A DNA stretch of 64,000 nucleotides, taken from NCBI GenBank assembly GCA_903891415.1, contig CAITEH010000012.1:1136-65135 (forward strand). Reading direction: 5' to 3'. The notes under the pieces were generated by a model. That model was not told the origin of the DNA. It ran no database searches and saw only the letters and a list, made by a program, of their open reading frames with translations. Shown here one piece after another: positions 46,351-52,843 of the stretch. Numbering within the stretch: the first letter of the stretch is position 1; every line of letters starts with the position of its first letter. The translations under genes were made by a program, and so were the position numbers. The stretch comes from Candidatus Firestoneibacteriota bacterium (lineage in GTDB: Bacteria > Oederibacteriota > D2-FULL-39-29).

Positions 46351-46909
46351 TTCCTTCCTTGGTTATATAGGGGCTGGCGGCCGGGATCCGGACAAAAGCA
46401 TTTGCCGGGCAGGCACTGGCAATAAGGCATTCATTACAGTTTTTGCACCGGTCGTGCCGGACCTGCAGCTGGAGAGAGCCGTTCCCGAAAGCGGTACAGC
46501 CGCTCACGCACTTCCCGCAGCCGACACAGAGTTTTTCCTTGATAGTGTATTCATAGTAGGGCTCTTCAACGAATTTTCTTTTTATCGCCCCGGTCGGGCA
46601 AAGTTGATTCTCCCCCCCGCTGTTCAGGTCGCGCTGGCCGGCCTGGAAAAACCCGAAACACAAATTACAATAACCGCAGATGGAGAAGTTATGCACGCAT
46701 TTGACCGCGGAGATCCGAAGGACGCATTCCGTCGCGCACCTGCCGCATTGCGTGCATTTTGCCGGGTCTATCTGCCAGACGGCGGAACTTTTTTTTGAAC
46801 GCGCGAGCGCGGCGCCGCCCGCCGCCCCGAGCACCGCCAGAAAAATACCCCGGCCGGTATTTTTCAGGAATTCCAAACGCGATATTTTTTTTGTTTTATT
46901 TTCTTCCAT
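46334..46909 (-). CDS. NapG/MauM-like periplasmic 4x[4Fe-4S] ferredoxin with Tat-like signal
   Basis: I prefer the ATG at 46909 (MEENKTKKISRLEFLKNTGRGIFLAVLGAAGGAALA). There are four Cys clusters: CTQCGRCATEC, CGYCNLC..CP, CVGCGKCVSGC and CKNCNECLIASACP. The 39-aa extension in the track ORF overlaps the upstream small gene. Confidence 0.8.
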   Translation of the reverse strand: MEENKTKKISRLEFLKNTGRGIFLAVLGAAGGAALARSKKSSAVWQIDPAKCTQCGRCATECVLRISAVKCVHNFSICGYCNLCFGFFQAGQRDLNSGGENQLCPTGAIKRKFVEEPYYEYTIKEKLCVGCGKCVSGCTAFGNGSLQLQVRHDRCKNCNECLIASACPANAFVRIPAASPYITKEGNENKL

Positions 46910-47138
46910 GGCCTGTTTCCCTGACCGTCCATTTTGAATTAAAAGACCCTTTTGCGTCCAGCGAGCAATTAGTTGCGTCTTTGCACGCGGCGCACCGGCT
47001 GTAAGCCCGGCAAGCCGTTCCGCCAAAGATATTTTTGGCCGTCAGGATACCGGTAACTCCGCCAAGCAGAGCCAGCCCCGCGTAGCGGAGAGACTTTTCA
47101 AGCAGTTCCCGCCGTGAATATTTATTTTTTAAATTCAT
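46896..47138 (-). CDS. 80-aa Tat-signal peptide-bearing 4-Cys protein (unknown family)
   Basis: An ATG at 47138, preceded by GGGGG, gives MNLKNKYSRRELLEKSLRYAGLALLGGVTGILTA (canonical SRRxLL twin-arginine motif). The mature part is ~45 aa: KNIFGGTACRAYSRCAACKDATNCSLDAKGSFNSKWTVRETGHGRK. It overlaps the next start by 14 nt. Confidence 0.5.
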   Translation of the reverse strand: MNLKNKYSRRELLEKSLRYAGLALLGGVTGILTAKNIFGGTACRAYSRCAACKDATNCSLDAKGSFNSKWTVRETGHGRK

Positions 47139-47172
47139 GTGACCCCCGGATCTTCCGCCAGAGACGGATAAT

Positions 47173-48423
47173 TTACTTAGCCCCGCTTTCAGCAATATCC
47201 AGGCAGAGCATTTCGGTCATGCTCCTGATAACCAGTTTTCCGCCGGAAACAGCCAGCGGAGCCCACATCTGCTTGCCTGTTAACGCGGCAAATTTCGAAA
47301 TTTCCTTATATCCTGAAGCGGTAGGTTCCAGAAGAAATAAAGTGCCGGTATCCCCGAGAACATACAGCAGGCCGTCTATTATCAGGCAGGGACCAAGCCC
47401 GACTTTAACTTTGGAGCTCTTCCAGAGGACCTTGCCGTTCAGGTCCAGGCAGTATATTTCACCTGAGGCCCCGTAAATATTGTCCTTATACAATATCGGT
47501 GTTTGGACTTTCGAACCAAAATCTTTTTCCGTTAGCCTGGTAATTTCCTCGGTAACGACCTCATTCCCGTTCTTTTTCAGCCCCAGGATAAGGCTTCCGG
47601 CGCCATAACCACCCGTAAAGAATATTCTATCCTTGCCGATAACAAGGGGCGCGGGAATATTCGCCGTTTTAACGGTCCACCCCGGGTGGGTCCAGCGAAG
47701 TTTACCGTCAGCGGCGGCAACCCCGAAGGCGCCTTTTTTGGAACAACCGATATAGAATTTTTCCTTTTCAAAATCCATAACGGTTATCGAATTATGGGTC
47801 ATGCCCCAATTGCTTTCACACGGAGTTTCCCAGGCAGTTTTCCCTGAAGCAAGGTCAAAAGCCGCCATTAAGACCTTATCGCCCGCAACCAGAATGATAA
47901 CTTTGTCCCCGTCTATAAGGGGATTTTGGCCCGCGTACCAGCCGGGCACCTTACTGCCGTATTCCTTGACAAGGTTCTTCTGCCAGGCAAGTTTCCCGCT
48001 GTCTTTTTCCAGGCAGGAGACCAGGCAGTTAGTCCCCAGGGTCACCACATATTTGCCGTTAACAGCCGGCACCGTCCTGGAGTAATCATACTGAGAGGGT
48101 TTTATTTTTGAGGGGTAGCCGTAGGACCAGGCCTCTTTCCCGTCCTTCATATCGAGGCATTTTACCGTGTCTTCTTCTTTGTCGGTGTTATAGTCGAGAA
48201 TAAACAGTTTATCTTCAAACACCACCGGGGCGGCAAACCCGCCTCCGACTTTAACCCGCCAGAGTTCTTTGGGGCCTTCCGCGGGCCATTTCTTCAGCAG
48301 TTTTTTCCCGGTCGTAACCACCCCGTTCCTGTTTTCCCCCAGAAACTGCGAGAAATTGTCCGCCAGCACGGCGGAAACGGCCAGCAGCACGAAAAGCAGC
48401 AACTTTATTTTAGACATATACAT
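47173..48423 (-). CDS. Secreted PQQ-like beta-propeller repeat protein
   Basis: 416 aa with a Sec signal (KIKLLLFVLLAVSAVLA). Blades include VKCLDMKDGKEAW, VSCLEKDSGKLAW, MAAFDLASGKTAW and IYCLDLNGKVLW. It is a clear paralog of the 49767-51170 product. Confidence 0.85.
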   Translation of the reverse strand: MYMSKIKLLLFVLLAVSAVLADNFSQFLGENRNGVVTTGKKLLKKWPAEGPKELWRVKVGGGFAAPVVFEDKLFILDYNTDKEEDTVKCLDMKDGKEAWSYGYPSKIKPSQYDYSRTVPAVNGKYVVTLGTNCLVSCLEKDSGKLAWQKNLVKEYGSKVPGWYAGQNPLIDGDKVIILVAGDKVLMAAFDLASGKTAWETPCESNWGMTHNSITVMDFEKEKFYIGCSKKGAFGVAAADGKLRWTHPGWTVKTANIPAPLVIGKDRIFFTGGYGAGSLILGLKKNGNEVVTEEITRLTEKDFGSKVQTPILYKDNIYGASGEIYCLDLNGKVLWKSSKVKVGLGPCLIIDGLLYVLGDTGTLFLLEPTASGYKEISKFAALTGKQMWAPLAVSGGKLVIRSMTEMLCLDIAESGAK

Positions 48424-48741
48424 ACCTTCCTCCTTTGAAAATTATTGGTATTGTCAAACTTCTTTTAGTAAATCTCTGCCTGCATCTGCTTTTACGAGCA
48501 CTTCTTAGGATTCAGATTGCCGCCTCAATTTATTTCTTGTCATGTTGAGCCATTTTTCTCTTGGCGAAACATCCCTGCTTTTCAGACTTAAAATACAGAG
48601 ATCCTTCGTCAAAAGCGACTCAGGATGACAAGGCTATTCAGATAACTACTTCTGCTATCACAAGTCTGCTTTTTTCTCCATATCTTACATTTTCTGTTTG
48701 ACACTACCGAATCATACCGGACCTTTTTTCAGCCGGTTCTT

Positions 48742-49767
48742 TTATTGTTTTTGTGAAAATATTCTCACGGTACTTTCAACCGGGTCCAAAGCGTAGATCC
48801 TGTTCTTTGAGTCCACCGCCAGGGGAATACCCGCGTTTTTTTCATTAAAAGTACCGGGACCCGCCACAACTCCGAGAAATTTCCCGGTCCTGTCGTATTT
48901 TTTGATCCTTAACACGCCCTTCTCAGCAGTAACAAAATTCCCCTCTCTATCTATGACGAAATTAACGGGATTACAGCAGCCTATAAATTCATCAATATTT
49001 ACCCCGTGTTTTCCCCAGGCGCCGAGAAAAACCCCTTCAGAGGAATAGTTCTCCAGCTGCAGCCGTCCGGTATCAGCCACCCAGAGTTCCCCGCTGCCGT
49101 CAAGCTCAATATCCATATGCGGGCTGGGAATGATAAAACCCCTGCCGGCACCTTCGGCTTTCCCTGCTATCTTTCCCAGGAACCTGCCCTGCAGGTCAAA
49201 CTTTGAGATCCTTCTATTCCCGGCATCTGCCACAAATATATATTTATCGCTGGCTTTTACTGCCGTGATAAAACTGAATTCGCCGTCACCCCGGCCTTTT
49301 TTTCCGAAAGTAAGGATCTCTTTTGAAATTATATTTACCCTGTCCCTGCCGGCCAGAAGCAGGGCGCCTGAAGCACCGAAAGCGGCCGCGCCCGCATTTT
49401 CCAGCTTGACCGGGAGGCCCGTTATCTTTCCTGTGCCTTTATCGTTACAGGCCAGCAGGCCTTCAGTTGACACGACAAAGATCAACCCTTCTTTTTTATC
49501 CACCGCCAGCCCAAAAGGTTCTTTAAGCCCCGTCTTAAACTTTGCAGTTTCACTGTAGCTAAGCAGTTTGGGGTCATAATTCTTAAGCGCCGCCAGATCA
49601 TATTTAAAGTTATCCGGCAGGGTGTTTTTTCCCGTCCCCGCGTTACCCGCTTTGGGCAGTGCGGACCTGAAACTAAAAAGGTATTCCGCGAGAAAATACC
49701 CTGCAAAACTCCCGAGGGCCACAATAAATATCGCGGTAACTATTTTTGAACGCTCTCTGCCGGCCAT
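48742..49767 (-). CDS. N-terminally anchored NHL-repeat beta-propeller protein
   Basis: 341 aa with one TM helix (IVTAIFIVALGSFAGYFLAEYLF). It has NHL-type blades (ASDKYIFVADAGNRRISKFDLQGRFLGKI; GELWVADTGRLQLENYSSEGVFLGAWG; NFVTAEKGVLRIKKYDRTGKFLGVV). Its ATG shares one base with the upstream stop (TAATG). Confidence 0.85.
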   Translation of the reverse strand: MAGRERSKIVTAIFIVALGSFAGYFLAEYLFSFRSALPKAGNAGTGKNTLPDNFKYDLAALKNYDPKLLSYSETAKFKTGLKEPFGLAVDKKEGLIFVVSTEGLLACNDKGTGKITGLPVKLENAGAAAFGASGALLLAGRDRVNIISKEILTFGKKGRGDGEFSFITAVKASDKYIFVADAGNRRISKFDLQGRFLGKIAGKAEGAGRGFIIPSPHMDIELDGSGELWVADTGRLQLENYSSEGVFLGAWGKHGVNIDEFIGCCNPVNFVIDREGNFVTAEKGVLRIKKYDRTGKFLGVVAGPGTFNEKNAGIPLAVDSKNRIYALDPVESTVRIFSQKQ

Positions 49768-51170
49768 TATTGTTTCACCTTCACGCAGACCAGTTCCGTA
49801 AGGTCTTTAAGCAGTAATTTCCCGTCCGCCAGGGCCATAGGCGCCCACGCCTCGTGCCCCTGAAATACTTTTGCTTTGCCCGTTTCGTTGTACCCGGAAT
49901 TTTCCGCTTCCGCAAAATACAGATACCCGCTGGTATCATTTAAGGCCAGCAGCATGCCGTCGGCAATAAGGAAGGGCCCCAGGCCGAATTTTTTTTCCGG
50001 GCCGCTCTTCCATAACTGTTTCCCGGACGTATCGATACAGGCCAGCTGCCCGTCCTGAATTATTCCGTAAAAATTGCCCTGGTAATAGACCGGGGTGTGC
50101 TGTTGAGAAGAAAATACGGAAGCTTTCACCCTGAATAATTCCTTGAGCCCGTACTTGTCCGCTTCCTTTGTAACCTGCACATACCTGGCTCCGGAATCAT
50201 AGCCGCCGGTAAAAAGGAGCTTATCCTTATCCACGATAACAGGAGCCGGCACATTCGCTATATTTATCTTCCAGGTTTCGTCCAGCCAGAGAATTTCGCC
50301 TGTCTTTGCCGAGACCGAAACAACTCCCTTCGTGGCGCAATAGATATACTGGCGTTCTTTGGGAAAATCCAGTACGGAAACGGAAGAATGCGTCATTTTG
50401 TAATCCCCGGGGTTCTTCGCGGACCAGCGCGCCCGGCCGGTCGCCAGGTCAAGCGCCGTCATAAGTACTTCCTTGCCGCCGGGAGCCAGTATTACCAGGT
50501 CCTCCTCTATCAGGGGACACTGCCCGGCATACCATTCCGGGACTTTTGTGCCGTATTCTTTGACAAGGTCTTTCTTCCAAACCAGCTCTCCCGAATCAGC
50601 CTTCAAACAGGTCACCTGGCACATAGGGCCGAGGGCTACCAGATATTTGTCATTTACCGCGGGAACGGTCCTGGACATGCCGTGATTTCTTTTTATTTTC
50701 TGAGGGTAATTAAACTTCCAGATCTCTTCCCCGTTTTTAAAGGAAAGGCACCTGATGGAATCTTCTTTATTTTCCTGGTCATAATCTATAAGGTAAACCC
50801 TGCCCCTGTTAATTACAGCGCCGGCATAACCTTCGCCTGTCTTTACGCTCCAGAGCACAGGCAGCCCTGCTGCAGGTATTTTTTTTATCAGTCCTGTTTC
50901 ACTGCTAAGCCCGTCCCTGCCGGGCCCTCGAAACTGCGGCCAGCTGCCTTTTTCGGCGGAAGGCGCGCCTTTTCCTCCGGTCAACCCTCCTGAAACAGCT
51001 TTCTTACCGGTTTGTTCGGGAAGTTTAAGCCCTTCCACCTTCTCTTCATACGGGTTCCGTATTTCCAGCCCCCCGGGTGCCGGAGTCCTCAGCCACCGGA
51101 CAATAAAAAAAGCGCCGCAAAGGATTATTAAAAAAGAAATTATCAGTCCCGGATATTTAGTGTTTTTCAT
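49767..51170 (-). CDS. N-terminally anchored PQQ-like beta-propeller repeat protein
   Basis: I prefer the ATG at 51170 (MKNTKYPGLIISFLIILCGAFFIV) over the track TTG at 51194. It is a paralog of 47173-48423, for example YAGQCPLIEEDLVILAPGGKEVLMTALDLATGRARW versus YAGQNPLIDGDKVIILVAGDKVLMAAFDLASGKTAW. Confidence 0.85.
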   Translation of the reverse strand: MKNTKYPGLIISFLIILCGAFFIVRWLRTPAPGGLEIRNPYEEKVEGLKLPEQTGKKAVSGGLTGGKGAPSAEKGSWPQFRGPGRDGLSSETGLIKKIPAAGLPVLWSVKTGEGYAGAVINRGRVYLIDYDQENKEDSIRCLSFKNGEEIWKFNYPQKIKRNHGMSRTVPAVNDKYLVALGPMCQVTCLKADSGELVWKKDLVKEYGTKVPEWYAGQCPLIEEDLVILAPGGKEVLMTALDLATGRARWSAKNPGDYKMTHSSVSVLDFPKERQYIYCATKGVVSVSAKTGEILWLDETWKINIANVPAPVIVDKDKLLFTGGYDSGARYVQVTKEADKYGLKELFRVKASVFSSQQHTPVYYQGNFYGIIQDGQLACIDTSGKQLWKSGPEKKFGLGPFLIADGMLLALNDTSGYLYFAEAENSGYNETGKAKVFQGHEAWAPMALADGKLLLKDLTELVCVKVKQ

Positions 51171-52278
51171 TGCCGCCTGCTTCACTGCCGCCAAAACAAT
51201 AGATCAACCCGCTGCTGTTGCCTGCCACCATTTTTCCGTCTGAGACCGCGGTGGAACCCGAAACAGGACTGCCCGTGTCAAATTCAAATATCTTTTTACC
51301 CGTATCCAGGGCCGCGCCGTAAAGTTTACCGTCCTCGCTTCCAAAAAAAACGTTCTCACCCGCGATAACAGGGGAAGATTCTATTTTACCGCCCGCGGTA
51401 AAGGCCCATTTAAGCCGGCCGGTTACAGGTTCCAGGCACCGGAGAAAATTCCCGTTGGTGCCGAAAACCACGGCGCTGTCATTGACCGCCGGGGAGGAAA
51501 AACATTGTTCATTGTTTTCGTCATAATATTCCCAGAGTATTTTTCTTGAAACGATATCCGCGCAGAAGAATTTTCCCGTAAGAGAGGACACATAGACCCT
51601 GTCCTTATACACCGCCGGGGAGGCGGCAATATTGCTTTCCAGCGGTATCAGGAATTTTTCCAGGCCGGTTGCCAGGTCCACGAACCTGAAGTTACCGTCG
51701 CAGCCCGCCACTACGGCATTATTCCCGCATAAGGCAGGTGACCCGTGAATGGGCGAGTCCAGGGTTAATTTCCATACCGGCCGGCCATCATTCGCGTCAA
51801 GCGCGTAAAGAGTACCGTCGTAACCGCCAAAAATTATTTTGTTGCCGCTGCAGGCCGGAGAAGAAATGAGCTGTTTTTCGGATTCAAACTCCCAGAGTTT
51901 CTTTCCGGTTCCCGCTTCCAGCGCGTAGAACATTCCGAGGTCATCGCCAAAAAAAACTTTTCCGCCGGTTACCAGAGCGGAAGACCTGATCTCCCCTTTC
52001 ACCGGAAACGTCCAGAGTAATTTTCCCGTGCCGGGGTCGAGACAGATGAATTTATCCGTACAGCCGATATAGGCACCCGTCTTCGTAAGCGCGGGCGTGG
52101 AATAGACGGTTTTTTTCGCGTCATAAGTCCATTTAATTTTCAGATCTTTCGGGAGCTTTGAGGCCGCAACACCTGTCGCAGCAGGATCACCACGGAATTG
52201 GAGCCATTCGGCGGATAAACCGGCAGTTAAAATCACTAAAAGTAGCGCTGTATTTGCAATTCTACTTCTTATCTTCAT
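51157..52278 (-). CDS. Secreted BamB-like PQQ beta-propeller repeat protein
   Basis: 373 aa with a signal peptide and regular blades (FICLDPGTGKLLW, FYALEAGTGKKLW, LYALDANDGRPVW, FLRCLEPVTGRLKW, LYGAALDTGKKIF). Confidence 0.88.
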   Translation of the reverse strand: MKIRSRIANTALLLVILTAGLSAEWLQFRGDPAATGVAASKLPKDLKIKWTYDAKKTVYSTPALTKTGAYIGCTDKFICLDPGTGKLLWTFPVKGEIRSSALVTGGKVFFGDDLGMFYALEAGTGKKLWEFESEKQLISSPACSGNKIIFGGYDGTLYALDANDGRPVWKLTLDSPIHGSPALCGNNAVVAGCDGNFRFVDLATGLEKFLIPLESNIAASPAVYKDRVYVSSLTGKFFCADIVSRKILWEYYDENNEQCFSSPAVNDSAVVFGTNGNFLRCLEPVTGRLKWAFTAGGKIESSPVIAGENVFFGSEDGKLYGAALDTGKKIFEFDTGSPVSGSTAVSDGKMVAGNSSGLIYCFGGSEAGGNEKH

Positions 52279-52297
52279 AGGGCACCCGGAAAAATAT

Positions 52298-52376
52298 GTC
52301 TGTAAAGTCCATAAAGTCTATAAAGTCTAAAAGTCCATAAGGTCCGTAAAGTCTATAAGGTCTCAAAGTCTGTAAG
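52298..52376 (+). repeat. Array of about 9 units of the 9-bp GTCYRTAAR repeat family
   Basis: The array reads GTCTGTAAA GTCCATAAA GTCTATAAA GTCTAAAA GTCCATAAG GTCCGTAAA GTCTATAAG GTCTCAAA GTCTGTAAG. It begins 20 nt from the start codon at 52278. Confidence 0.88.
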
Positions 52377-52456
52377 GGCCTTTATGGGCGCAATAAATTA
52401 TACAAATTAAACACTGCTAATACAATGTTAATAAAATGCTTATTGTTTCTTCTTTA

Positions 52457-52843
52457 TCATTTCTTGCTGCCGGAAATTTTATTCAGCAAAAAACCTGCGT
52501 GGGCGGTCAACGCGCCTGCGGTATCGGCCAGCCAATCAAAAATATCCATGCATCTGCCGGGTGTAAATTTCTGGTGAAATTCATCGCTTGCGCCAAAGAG
52601 GGAAGCCAAAAAAACGGCCCGGATAACGGCAGAGCCGGCTTTCAGGGCATGGCCTTTTACCAGCGCGAGATAAATAAGCAGGGAAAAAATGAAATACTCC
52701 GCCATATGCCCTATTTTGTCCGCATTTGGCAGAAAATTCAGCAACCTTGCGGCTGCAGGGTCAGGATCTTCGGACATGGAAAAAATAATAACGGCCCAGA
52801 TCACCGCCGGCAGCCAGTAGAGATAGTTTTTCTTTTTCATCAT
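52457..52843 (-). CDS. VanZ-family membrane protein
   Basis: 128 aa with four hydrophobic helices. KIGHMAEYFIFSLL and SDEFHQKFTPGRCMDIFDWLADTAGAL are VanZ-like motifs. Confidence 0.85.
   Translation of the reverse strand: MMKKKNYLYWLPAVIWAVIIFSMSEDPDPAAARLLNFLPNADKIGHMAEYFIFSLLIYLALVKGHALKAGSAVIRAVFLASLFGASDEFHQKFTPGRCMDIFDWLADTAGALTAHAGFLLNKISGSKK

Noticed and set aside
46896-48423. Reading the propeller + small Tat Cys peptide + MauM/MauN-like ferredoxins as a quinoprotein amine dehydrogenase (mau/qhp-like) cluster
   Set aside because: The analogy is tempting: MADH has a propeller heavy chain, a Tat-exported Cys-rich light chain, and MauM/MauN. But the peptide has one Trp only, so TTQ is impossible. 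No radical-SAM (QhpD), MauG/di-haem, protease or exporter genes are present. The propellers carry BamB/PQQ-like blade motifs rather than anything I can tie to MauB. I keep this only as a remote analogy.
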